Part shown: one piece after another, positions 39,793 through 53,188 of the stretch
How the letters are laid out: each line of letters opens with the position of its first letter
Numbering within the stretch: position 1 is the first letter of the stretch
From: Piromyces finnis finn
Taxonomy: Eukaryota; Fungi; Neocallimastigomycota
Length of the DNA stretch: 64,000 nt
Direction: 5' to 3'
NCBI GenBank assembly: GCA_002104945.1
Contig: MCFH01000003.1
Span: 1,364,001 to 1,428,000 of the forward strand
Program-made: the position numbers and the translations under genes
The notes under the pieces: generated by a model
The model's database searches: none
The model's input: the letters and a program-made list of their open reading frames with translations, nothing else
What the model was told of the DNA's origin: nothing

Positions 39793-40601
39793 TGGTCAAA
39801 GTTAGCACCTTGGTTATCATTAGATTGTGGTGGAGCTTGAGCAGCACCGCCATTACCTCCACCATTACCTTGACCAATGTAAACCTTAGCATATGGGAAA
39901 TCGGCTGTACCACTAGTACCAGATCCATTACTACCGGCTTCTCCTAAAATCTTAGCTTCATGCATCTTACCCATGGTCATACCAAGCTTTTCCCATTGAG
40001 CAAAGTGGGCTGAAATATCAATGGTACCACATTCACGTGGTGTTTGACGGATACTGAAGTATTGCTTGAATTGTGTATCTCCATCAATAGATGGTCCAAA
40101 ACGGTCGTTTTCAAAAACAGTGTATTGGGCTCCATCAATAGTGAAGTCTCCGTGCTTCTTGTTACCAACCCAATCACCTGGACGATATTGACTGAGCCAG
40201 TTATCAACAATGTAGAATTCTACAAGTGGATTTCTGGTCCAACCATAAATACCAACATATGAATAATCAACATTGGCTATGTTTTGCTTGACAAGCTTGA
40301 AGTCTGCAAACATATGTCCGATTTGAGAGTGGGATTGGGTACTGTCAAAGGAAAGACCTGTACGACATAAGTAATCCTTAGCATTGGAGAAGGAACATGA
40401 GAATGAACCATCGGAATAGAATGTAGCACTGTTGTTACCACTATCAGCCCACATTTCATATCCAACTCCGCCAATGGATCCAACCTTGTTTCCGGTTTCT
40501 TTTACACTTTGTCCAGAGTGTGAAGCTCCACTACAGAAACTTTGAGCTAAGGTTGAGGTAGCTAAAGATAAAACTGCTGGAATGAATTGTAAAAATTTCA
40601 T
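39390..40601 (-). CDS. Secreted GH11 endo-1,4-beta-xylanase with an N/Q/W low-complexity C-terminal tail
   Basis: Signal peptide MKFLQFIPAVLSLATSTLA. GH11 motifs GYEMWAD, SYVGIYGWTRNPLVEFYIVDNW (nucleophile Glu), GPSIDGDTQFKQYFSIRQ, CGTIDISAHFAQWEKLGM and AKILGEAG (acid/base Glu). Intronless. Confidence 0.97.
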   Translation of the reverse strand: MKFLQFIPAVLSLATSTLAQSFCSGASHSGQSVKETGNKVGSIGGVGYEMWADSGNNSATFYSDGSFSCSFSNAKDYLCRTGLSFDSTQSHSQIGHMFADFKLVKQNIANVDYSYVGIYGWTRNPLVEFYIVDNWLSQYRPGDWVGNKKHGDFTIDGAQYTVFENDRFGPSIDGDTQFKQYFSIRQTPRECGTIDISAHFAQWEKLGMTMGKMHEAKILGEAGSNGSGTSGTADFPYAKVYIGQGNGGGNGGAAQAPPQSNDNQGANFDQGNQWNQNNNNNNQWNQWDNNNQWNQNNNNNNQWNQWDNNNQWNQNNNNQWNQNNNNQWNQNNNNQWNQNNNNNQWNQWDNNNQWNQNNNNNQWNQWGNNNNNNNQWNQWNQWDNNNQWNQWGNNNNNNPWRWY

Positions 40602-42630
40602 TTTGATTATTACTAATTTTACAAATGATTTTACAAATTATATATAAACTAGAAAAAAAGATTAAGTGTTTAAAAAATATATATATAACTTTATCAAAAA
40701 GCAATTAATTAAATTGTAACTTGATATTATAAAAAATATTATCAAAATATTTTTTTAATAACAATTAAAAAATGAATAATAATTAAAAAAAAAAAAAGAA
40801 GAAAATAAAAAACTATTTATAATAAAATTAGAATATTAATGTTTTAATATGAATGTTTTAATATTATATGAATAGTTTAAGTTGAATATTTTTTTTTTCA
40901 TTATATTAAAAACATGTTTTATTTTTAATATATTTCAAGACATTTTTGATGAAAATTTTATATTAAAATTAGAAAATTTAATATAATTTAATATTTCATA
41001 TAGAACTTTAATTTATAATTTTCATAAGATTCTTTTTGGTTTTTAATTTAATTTATAAATTAAAAGTTTATTTAATTATTTTATAATATTAAATAGCCTA
41101 TATTTTGGAGACACAAATTTTAATATAGAAAAATTAAAATGTTTTGTATTGATCTAAACTAATCGAATCATCACATACAAAAGACAAAATAAAAGATAAA
41201 AAGAAAAAGAAATAGAAAAAGAAAAAGAAAATGATTAATATTTAAAGTATGTATTAATAAAATAAATAAGAAATATTCTTCAAAACATAAATAAAATTAA
41301 ATAAAATTACTATTTTCTATTTTGTTGACAGCATGTATTAAAAAATATTAAATATTAGAAAAGCTAAAACATTTCATCAATGAAATCTAAGCTAATACTA
41401 ATTATTAAGATTGATTGTAACGTTACACTTTTACGGTAGATAAAATTATTAAAGATATCTTATATCTAAAAAAAAATTCATAAGTTTATTATTTTTTAAA
41501 TCCACTCAATTCGAAACAAATACTTTTTTTTTATTCTTTATTAGTTATTCTTTATTAGTTATGATTATTTGTTACTATTTTTAAATCTATCCAATTTAAA
41601 CTAAATATATAACCTAAATATTTGTTGTTATTTATAATATTAATATTTAAAATTAATAAAGAAAATAAATCAAAATGTGGGTTTTTTTTATATTTTTTGT
41701 TTTTAATATTATATAATATAATAATAAATAATAATAAATAATATAATTAATTAATTTTTATTTTATTTTTATTTATGAACTAAATAAATAAAAAATAAAA
41801 TGAAACTTTTCTAATATAATAAATTAAATATTTTCTTTTTATATTCGTGCTTTTTTTTCAAATTTTAATTAAAAGTATTTCTATTTTTGGAATAATAAAA
41901 TTTCATATTTTAAGTTTTTAATAATAATAATAAGAAATAATATATTAATAAAATAAATTAAAATTTCCAAATTTACTATTAAAAATATTAAAAATATATT
42001 GGGAAAAGTTAGTTAAAATTTAATATCCACACGTACAAACATATACTTTTAAATTAACAATTAAAAAGAAAAAAGGAAAGAAACATACTATTATTTCTAT
42101 ATTTATGATATAAATATGATATATTCAAATATATATATATATAAAAGAAACTAAAAGTAGTATTTATATAAATTATTAAATAAATTATTCATTATAATTA
42201 CTATATATCACAGCAATGCTTAACAATATTTAAAATATATACTTTTGATTTTAAATGTGATTTTAAAAATATATATTTAATTATTTAAGTAATAATTAAA
42301 TAATAATAAAGAAATGTTTTTATTGCCTACATCTATTGTATTAATGAAATTCAAATCAATTAATATTCTTCTTTATTTAATATTATGTAGCAAAAAGGTT
42401 ATATATTTATAAAAAACAAAAACTAATATTATATATTAAAGTTTTTAACATATTTTCTTTTTAAATTAGAAAATAAATTTAAAATAGAAATTTCAAATAC
42501 ATATTTATTTTTATCATCTATTTACATTTATTATTCATTTATTATTTTATGTGGTATATTTTGTGGTTGTTAATCTTCTGAATATAATGAATATTGTGAT
42601 TTTCTTCTATAATATAAAGTATTAAAAAAT

Positions 42631-42670
42631 AATAACGGAAATAGAATTTTAATAACGGAAATAGAATTTT
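42631..42670. repeat. Perfect 20-bp tandem duplication
   Basis: aataacggaaatagaatttt occurs twice in direct succession. Confidence 0.9.
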
Positions 42671-43791
42671 TGAAACTAGTTATATTTTATTTTTTTCTTT
42701 TCTTTTTTCTCTAATTCTAATTTTCTTTTTTGTTTTTATATATATATTAATACTACTGTTATAAAAAAAATTATAAAACATGCTTTCCCGAAATTATAAT
42801 AATTATTAAAAAACTTATATATTTATACATCAAATAACCCTTTATAAGAAACTGAAAATAAGTTTTTTGTTTCTAATAAAGTAAATAGTTATTTGATGTA
42901 TCAACATATAATTAATTAAATCGTATTAAAATTAATATTTATTTATATTATGTTTATATAGACTAGAAAAAAAGATTAATTACATATGCTTTATATTTAA
43001 ATTCTTTATTTCCTTTGGAATTGAACGAATTAAGCTATTTTAAGATTAAGTTTCTTTTTTAGAAACAAAACAATTAAATAAAAAAAAATTAATTATTATT
43101 AAAGTGAGAAATAGATACAAATAATTTAAGTTAAATATGATTCTATACCACCTGAACTTGAAAAGTTATCAAAATTAAAACCTTTGTATTTCATTCATTT
43201 ATAAAATATATATTATTCATAATTATGAAAATATTAATATCCAACTTAAAATAATTGTAATCATTAATTACAAAGAAATTAGCATAAGATATAATGCTAT
43301 AATCATTGTCTATGTTTATTTAATTTTTAATAATATATAAAAGAAGATGTGTTATAAAATATTATATATTAGTAGAAATTTTCATTTTTATTAGTATTGT
43401 ATAAAATCTATGTATTTGAAAATTTTCAAGTAATAATAATAAAAAAACAAAAACAATAAAAAATAGTAAATGGATATAAAGTATAAGATTTGTTTTTAAT
43501 AAAAAACTCTTTATATATGGATATTTGACAACAGTTTTTACGACCTGTTCTTTAATATATTTATTTAAATATATTTCTTTACTATTGTTTTGTGCATAAA
43601 ATATTTTTATTAAAATAATAATACTAATTAATAAACTAAATATATTCAAATCTTAATATATAAAAAAAAAATAAATAGAATAGTACATAATACTATTTTA
43701 ATTTTTGCCAATATCATAAATTAATTATTTATAATAATTAAATACTTTTATTAATTTGCTTATGTTTATTTTAAAGATTTATAAAGGTATT

Positions 43792-43840
<49 letters not shown>

Positions 43841-44030
43841 TATTTAAAAATAATAAAAAAATTAAAGTTTTATTATAATAAATATTTTACATATTATTTT
43901 CTACATTAGTTTAGTATAATTATTTAATTACTTGGTAATAACTTTTGATAAATTTAATTCCTTTTTATTTTATCATTATAACTATTTATTTATTATTTTT
44001 GTGTTATTTATTATATTATAAAAATCATGT

Positions 44031-47000
44031 TTATTTGTCACTATTTTCCATTTCAATGACAAGTTGCTGGAAGACATCAACATACTTGAAATCATTTGAT
44101 TTAAGGTTATTGTAGAAGAGACTAAACTTATTACAGTTTGCTATTTAATTTAATTTTTTTATGGTTAGAAATAAATAATTTAAATAAATAAATATATAAT
44201 AACTAAAAAAAAAGTTACCTGAATCTGTTAAATTATTAAGCTTAATAATGGTTTTAAGAGTACTACGAATTAATTCCATATGCTTATCCTTTTCTTGTTT
44301 AACATCGGATTTCTTTGTTTTCTTATCAAGAGTTTCTTTTAATGGGTCTACCATATCTTCTAAGTTTTGTGAAACAATGTTTGGTACAATAATACATAAT
44401 TTTTGAATAATTAATTGTACAAGAACTCTAATTTCATTATTTGGATCTCTAAGACCAGCTAATACACGCTTAACGAAAATAAAGAAATCAAGGTAGTTAG
44501 GTCTGTTGTTTAATAAAGTATACATACAATCAAAAGCACTCTATTAAAAGTTTGATAATAATAAATGAAATAATATTTTATTAATATATATATATAAATT
44601 ATAATATTATATTTTCCAAATATAAATTATTATTAATCGTTTTTATTTAGTTTACCTTTCTAATTTCTAAACCATCATCAACTTGATGTTTGAAAGGTCC
44701 CATTTCAACAGTACGGATTAATGAAGTATCAATATTAGTTTGGTCGTATAATAATGGAAGTAAGTCTGAAATACAGTCACAGATTAAATCTGGTTTATTA
44801 TAGGCAGCGGAATTTAAAGCAGATAATGAAATTCTACGAAGTTCCTGTTGATTTAAAATAATTTATATATTTATATATTTATTATATAGGTAAATAATAA
44901 TACATTTATAGAGCGAAAAAAAAGAGTAGGAATTAAATAATAATACTTACGAGATCTGTATCACCAATTAATTTTAAAAAGTCAAAGATCATAGTTTTCA
45001 ATATTTCATCAAACTTTTGGTTCTTTTGTTCAGTAAAGGTGTATCTAATAGCAGTAATGACAGTTGAACGAATAGTATTGTTGGTAGAATTGATACGATT
45101 CTAATGACGAATAAAAATTTATAAAAGTATAAAAAAAAAAAAATCAATTTTTGGCAAACAATTATATAAAAATAAAATGAGTAATTAAATTTAGATACAA
45201 AAATATATATAATAATAAATATAGAATTATTTTTTTACTTGTAAATCAGGTAAAAGTAAAGATGGTGAGCTTAAACTGAATTTACCAATACATTCAGCAA
45301 TAATGCTTTTGACACTGTTTTCTTTAGCACCTTCACATAAGTTAAATAATAAGTTCCATATTTCTTGAATATATGGGAATTCTTGTCCATTCTTTAAATC
45401 ATCACTCTTAATATATTTATTAATGGTTTCTTTTAATGCTAATAAAACAAAGCGTTTGCTTTCATTTCCATTGTTGATACATTCAACTAAATATGGAACA
45501 TAAACTTTAATATTACCTAAAGTAATATTACCTAATGCAAAAGCAGCAGCATGCTTTCTTTCATCATTACCAGATGAGAAAATATTGTAAATATTAATGT
45601 GAACATTATTGTAATAGGTATATAAATCAATTTTGCTACCAATTTCACCAAGACATAATAATGACAAGTAAATAACATTATCATTACTACTGTCATTGAT
45701 ATTCTTAACAAAGTTTTCTGTTAAATCTGGACAATCATTAATCATATTAATACAAATAACAGCAATGCATGTAGCTAAAACAGAATAGGATTGTTTAGTT
45801 AATTTATCATCATTAATTTTTTCAGTAGAAACACCCTTAATTAATTGTGAATAGAATTTTCTATTTTCCTCAGCACTATCAGCAGAAGATATGACTCTAA
45901 CACAATTCAAAAGAGATTCTTGGCCATTACCACTATCGACAACATTACTATTTAATTTAATTATATTACATATAATTTCTTTTACACTTTCATTGTTTTC
46001 AATATATACTCTATTACAATTTTCAATTACAGAAGTTAAACAATTTAAGGAATCTGGAAGAATATGTAAATCAGTTTCAATATTGGCAAAAATATGAATA
46101 ATTTCACTCATAATTAAGTGGTAAAGATCGTATGATAATTTTTCTTTGTATTTATTCATTACAGATTCTAAGTATCTTAAACTTACAACGCGATATTGAC
46201 GTTGAGATTGGTGTAATAAGCTAGTTGATTCTGTAATAGTATCAGAAATAATAGAAGTTAAATTAATACCTTTAGCTTGTTCGTTGTCAATAATCAATAA
46301 TGGTGAATTTATAATTTTATTTAATGTTTTTAAAGTAACAATTCTTGTTAATTCATTCTTTAAACGTTCAAGTATGATTGGTAATGCTGTAGTATTTAAT
46401 TCGTCAGCAGGGATCTTATCACCAACATGATTTAATAAAACACCTAAACAAGAAATACAATTTTCTTTAACTTCTTTATCAGAATCTGATATACTTAAGT
46501 GATCCATAATAATTTTATAAATTGAGTTGAAATAATGTGAATAGGATTCATCAACATTTGAAATTACATAATTCTTTGTATCTTCATTATAAGTAATTGG
46601 TCTTAAGAAAGTGATTAATTTACTTAAAATAACAAAGGATTCACATGTAATTTTATAGAAACTATCATTAGCTGCCTTTTCCAAAATTCCAATAATAGTT
46701 TCATAGTACTTTGATAAATCATCGGTTGAATGACTGTTAAAAAGTTCTTTTATGAAAAGTAATGCTTCAAGCTTTAAGTTTGAAGAAATCAAATTTCTAC
46801 TGTTTCCAATAAGTTGAGGTGTAACAAAAATTTGTTCAATTGAATTAATAAATGAATCAAGGTAATCACTTAAATTACATTTTGCTTTTAACATTTCATT
46901 TAATAATTCATATATAATTTGACGTGAAGTAATAGGCTTTGTAATAATTTGTCTTGATATAGTTTTACATATAGTATCAATTAAATTGTATAATTGTTCT

Positions 47001-49147
47001 TTTGGATTACTATAATAATAATATAAAATATAAAATATAGAATTTGTTAAATATTTTATGTTATTTCAACTTATACACTATAAACATTATATACTTATAA
47101 ATTTGAAAATTATTGTAAAATATTAATAATGTTAAATTTACATACTTTTGACATTCCATTCCATTCTTAGATGCTTCAAAAGTATTATAAGTATTAGTTT
47201 TCTTTACTAAAATAATGATAGTGTTTAAAACTTCAACATAAACAGAATCTTCTCTTTCATTAAGACGACTAATAAGAATTGGTGCAATTTCATTATAATA
47301 CATTGGCAAAGATTCTGGTTTTGTTTGAATTAATGTTGCAATTAATTTTGCGGAGGCACAACGAACTTTCCAACTTACATCATCATCATCAGAATATTCG
47401 AGTTCGCTCATACTAAAACAGAATAATTAAGTAATTTACAATTAATAATATAACTAAAAATATTTATTTACTACATTTTTTTTATTGTCATCACTATTTA
47501 CTAAATTAACTTCTTACTCATCAAATTCGTCACCACTATCCATATCATCATAAAATTCATTATCTTCTTCTTCATTAGATTCTTCCATGTAATTACTACT
47601 ATCAACATCATTTTCTTCGACATAATTCGGATCATATTTAATTAATTCGTTTGAAAGTCCGACAATTTCATTAAGTTTAGTTGTAATTGGGACTGAACAA
47701 CGTAATGCAAGAGTTTCCATTGACTTTATTTTAAGAATAAAATAAAAATATAATAAATAATATTAAGTATGTTTTTATTTTGAAATTTTTAATATAGAAA
47801 TTAATTTTAAAATAATACTTTAATACAGGTTTCACTTAATTCAGCATCATTATTCTTTGCATATTTTAATAAATATGGGAATATTGTGTCAATATGGAAT
47901 TCAAAGAAGGAAGAGTTTGAACGACTATAGTATACATAAATTGAATAATGTCAATAATGTATATATAAATATATGGTCAACTATTTAAAATATTATAAAC
48001 ATAGTAAAAAGAAATTTATAATAATAATAATAATAATTATTACCATAATGTTCCAATACAAGAAATTAAAGTTTTTAAATAATCAATATCACTTGTATTA
48101 TTTAATTCATTAATAATAAATGAAATTATTTCATTGTACATATTATTTGACATTACGGAAGCAAGACTTCCAAGAGCATTATTAGCTCTCTTACGAATTG
48201 CTAATCTTGAATTATTTAATAAATTTTTTAATGTATTTTGAATCTTTTCTAAATTTTCCGGTTTATTTAATAATACATAACTAAATTTATTTAATAATTC
48301 AGAAAGAATATCTAAAGTATCGAGTTGAATCATATGTCCATCCTTTTATAAATTTAATTTTATTTTTAAATTATTTTTTAAAATAATAATAGTAAAAAAA
48401 AAAGAAAAAGAAATTAAAAATTAATATAAATTAAAATTTAAAATATTATTTATTTTGAATAAAAATCAAAACAAAAAAAGATTATATATAATTTAAATAT
48501 ATATATATAAATACCTCATTATTAAGTTGTTGAAGTAACTTTGGAACAATTTGATCTATAATACTTGTTGATATTGGTGAATTAATTGGAAGTTCAGCAA
48601 TAATCATTTTTAAACTAATTCCTGCAATATCTCTATGTTCTTCAGTGTCACTAATTAATAAAGAACATAAATGATTTGCAACGTTAACTTGTTGTTCAAC
48701 AGATATATTTTTCATAACTTTTCCTAAGCTTTAATAAAATAAATGAGATTTATAGATGATATTAAAATAAAAATACTATATAATTTTATCAAATTATTAA
48801 TTATCTACCATTTAGCTGTGATATTTTGAACTTCGCTATTTTTATCAGTTAAAGATTTTAATAAAGCTTTAACCATTTCTTTTTCAGTTGACCGTAAAAG
48901 ATTAACTTTTGGATACTTATCTAACTCATTTAAAAGATCATTAATAGCCATAAATCTAATATCATTATCTTCATTGGTCATCTAAAGATATTACATGGAC
49001 ATATTATAAAATTCAACATTTTTTTTATAAAACATTAAATTTTATTATTATTGTTATTACAAAAAGAAGATATAAACATTAAATTTAATATTATACCTTG
49101 GTTAATAAACCAGAGACAGTGTTTGAGAATACATCTGACATAGACAT
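44031..49147 (-). CDS. CAND1: Cullin-associated NEDD8-dissociated protein 1 (HEAT-repeat TIP120)
   Basis: Multi-exon gene. N-terminus MTNEDNDIRFMAINDLLNEL...DKNSEVQNITAKCLGK; YSDDDDVSWKVRCASAK; AAAFALGNI; IAECIGK; VEMGPFKHQVDDGLEIRK; stop at 44031-44033. Confidence 0.95.
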
Positions 49148-51024
49148 TTTTAATCTTTATATATAGAATTAACATTCATTAATTTTAGTATAATAATGTA
49201 TAATACATAGGATTTTCAATAAATGTAAAATTCATCAAAACAAATTACAAAGTAATAAGATATATATATATATAAATATATATATAAAGAAAGAAAGGAA
49301 AGAAAAACAAAATAGAAAATTTAATTTAAATTGATATAATTTTAAATAAAAATTTCATTATCATTGAAAATAATAATTAACTAAATTGTTATTAAATTTT
49401 TAACTTAAAAAAAAAAAAAGTTTATTTATTTATGTATTATACCTTTAATATTTATTATTTCAATTTATTTTCAATATTATATAAACTTATTTGTTGGTTT
49501 TCTTCTTCTTCCTCTTTTTTTTTTTTTATTATTATTTACAAAGTCCTCCTAAAAAAAAAAAAATACAAGTAGATAATTTACATATATATACTTCTTATAT
49601 ATATTTATATATTTATATTCTTTTTTGTGACTAAGCAGAAAAATAAAATATTTATAATAAAAATTTTTTAAAAACTAAATTTAAATAATTAAATATATTA
49701 TTTATATTGTAATTAAATTAAGTTGGTAATTATTTTTTTACTTTACTTTTTGTAAAAAAAAAAAAAAAAAACATTTTCATAATTTTTTTAAAACTAATCA
49801 TAAATTGGTATTTAGAAAAGATAATCGTTATTTATTATTAATATACATTTCATTCTATTATTATAATAGGTATTTAATACTTTATAAAAAACACTATAAT
49901 TTGGTATTTAAAAAATATAAACGTCTATATGTTAATATATAACATTCGATAAAAATAATATATAGATGTATCATAAAAAAAAAACAATTTTATTTACATA
50001 TGACTTTCTTTTTAATATTCATATATTTAGAATATTGTTTTAATGCATATTATTTTTCAATCATTCCATTTCATATTTCATATAGTTAAAAGAACTTTAT
50101 AATAATTACCTCATCGAGAAAGTATCATTATTATTATATATCAAAATGTAATATAATGTATTTATAAATGTAATTTATTTTATAATTAATTGTAATTAAA
50201 AAAAATAGCTTTTAAAGTTTAAATTTATTATATATATTGAGTTTATTGTAATATATGGTAGTTAATTAAAATATATATAATAACATTGAAAAAAAAGTAT
50301 TTTCTAATGAAATGAAATAAAAATGAAATAAAATATTATTTAAATATTTAATTAAATATATTAGATATTAATGGAAAAAATTGTAATATCAAACAAAATA
50401 TAAATAAATAAAACTTTTCTATTTTTCTATAAATATTTTTTTTGGGTTAAATCAAGCCTTTTATTTTTTTTCATTATAAAAAAGAAAAATAAATAAAGAA
50501 CATTAACAATTAAATTATTTAAAATTTAAATAAGGTATAATTAATATATTTTATAATTGACGTATGAAATAGTAATAAAGAAAAAAAAAAAAAGTCAAAG
50601 GGATGGAAATAACACTTAAATAATATATAATGGATAAATTCTGTACAGTTATAATTAAAAAAATTATTCAAATTATAAAGCAATAATTCAATTTCATTAA
50701 AAATTATTCAGTTTCATTCATTCTTTTATTCTATTATGAAGTATAAATAAATAAATAAACATTTTAAACATCTTTAATTTAAACATCTTTTGAAATTAAT
50801 TATAAATAAAAAGTATAAAGTAGTAAAGTTACATTTTATTTCAAAATATGAAATTTAAAATCATAAATATTATTTATAATTGATGATAAATTATTATTAG
50901 AAGATAAAGAATATTATTAACATTTATTAAAAGAAGATTATCATAAATTATTGTTTTAATAATAATAATAATAATAACAAAACAAAAATTCAATTATATA
51001 TATAATAAAAAATATACTCAGAAG

Positions 51025-52751
51025 ATGGATAAGATTAACACTACTTTTGGCGACCTTGGTTCAAAATGGAATCCTTTTGCCCAAAAATTAAACAGAGGTT
51101 TCAACCAAGTTAAGCAATACGCCCAAGAAAAAATGGGTAATGTAGAAGACATCACAAAATTACCACAAGAATATCTTGACCTTGAAGAAGTATTTATCAT
51201 TAATAAAAATTTAATCAATAAATAAAAAATTATATATATAAAATATATATATATTTATTTAATTTAATATTTATATCTCATAAATAATCATAAATAATAA
51301 AGAGTGTTGATAAAATTAGAGAACTTCACGAATTTTTCCTCAAGGTTACAAAATGTTACACTCGTGCCACACACGATTACGGTATGTAAATTAATAATAA
51401 TAAAAACCAAACAATTTTTTTGTAATTATTATATTTTATTTCATATCATTTTTAATTAACCAAAGAAATGAATAAAAATTTATATATTGTTCTTGAATTT
51501 TAATTATTAAAAGATCAATCCCTCGGTGAATCTTTTTACGATACCGCTAATAAAGTCACTGAAAGAATGGTTAAAACTGAAGGTACACCAAAATCCCCAA
51601 CTACTCCAATATCTCAAGGTCACGCTATTTCAAAGGTTTGTTTAGACACAGCAAATTCAATTTTAGCCTCCAAGGATGAAACTGATCCATTTGGTAAATT
51701 ACATTTTATAAATAAAAAAAAAGTTTTAAAACTATTATATATACAAAAATATAATATATAATATATTATAAATAAAAATAATTAATTGGAAATTAATATT
51801 TAATATATTGTAATTTAAAAAATAAAGGTATTGCTTTAAAGAAAATTTCCAACTCTTATGATAGAATTGGTGAAGTTAAAATTGCTGAAGTAAATATTTC
51901 TTAAGATATAATAATTAGAGATATAAATTGAAAATGAAATTAATTATTTTAATATTTATAATAAAAAAGGATAATGCTATTGTTGAAAACTTCTGGAAAC
52001 CATTTAACACAACTTTAAATAGCTCTATTGGTTTCGCTATGGTAAAAAGAATTATATGTTAATATTCATTTAAAATAAATAACATTTATAATTATTAATG
52101 CATTGCAAATTATCAAATTTAGAAAGCAAGAAAGAATGTTTCTTCTGCTAGATTAAATTATGATGCTTGTAAGCAAAAGTTAAAGAATGCTAAGATCGAA
52201 AATGTAGATGCTGTAAGTAATATATATAAATTATATTTTCTTCTAATTGTGATCTAAATTTTATTATTTTATTAATTATATAATTATTAAAATTAATAGG
52301 CTCGTAATGAAATGGAAGTTGCTGAAGTAATTTTTTTTTTTTTAATTTTGTTATTAATATTTTTAAATTTATAATAAATTATATATTAATAAAATAAATA
52401 TTATAAAATATATCTAATTAATATAGGGTGAATTTGTTAAAGCTGTTGAAGATGCTATGGCCAAAATGAAAGTTGTTATTGAAAGTGTAAGTTCAATATG
52501 TAATACTTTCAATATATTATTAATAAAAATGAAATGATCATGATCATATTAATAATTATTAAATATTAAATATATTTTTGAATATATATATATAGTCTGA
52601 ACCACTTAAAAACCTTAATTCATTCATCGAAGCACAACTTGAATATCATAAGAAATGTTATGAAATTTTATCCGAATTAAGTCCAGAAATTAATGAATTA
52701 GAATTAAATAATGAAGCTATGTTAAGAGAAAGAGCTTTAAGTAACCAATAA
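51025..52751 (+). CDS. N-BAR domain protein, Gvp36/endophilin-B-like, no SH3
   Basis: Nine short exons giving FNQVKQYAQEKMGNVEDITKLPQEYLDLEERVDKIRELH, SQGHAISK, KARKNVSSARLNYDACK, ARNEMEVAEGEFVKAVEDA and LNSFIEAQLEYHKKCYEIL. Stop at 52749-52751. Confidence 0.87.
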
Positions 52752-53188
52752 ATAGGAAACCCTATTTAAAATGTCAAATAATACATTATTTTTTTTTCTG
52801 TGAATTATCTTCATATAATTTATAAATAAATAAATATATTTTATAATTTTTAAATATTATCAATCCTTTTAAATATCATATATATAAACAATATAAATAA
52901 AAATAAATAAGCAAATAAAAATAAAAATAACAAATAAAATAAAATACAACACTTTAAATAAATAATGAGTAGAAATAAAAAGTAGTTATTTATATTTATA
53001 TATTATATATATAATAATTTATTAAATAATTAAATTAAAAGAACTGAATTATTTCTCATGATTTTTAAGAGAAAAAAAATATATATATTAAATAAACTAA
53101 AAAATTAAATAGTAAATTTATATCATAGAAATATATATATATATATTTTTCTTTGCTGGTATATAAGTTATATGATGAATTAAATAAA

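Noticed and set aside
39308-40483. Cys-rich (39308-39805), Thr/Asn/Gly-rich (39386-39928) and Val/Pro/Leu-rich (39432-39947) ORFs and other short ORFs over the xylanase
   Set aside because: These are alternative-frame and antisense shadows of the stop-poor QWN repeat and the GH11 coding sequence. Only the 39390-40601 frame has a signal peptide and a recognisable domain.
43793-43837. 45-nt poly-T (poly-A on the CAND1 strand) and other long homopolymers
   Set aside because: Homopolymer runs occur throughout the intergenic DNA here; no target-site duplication or retrocopy body is attached.
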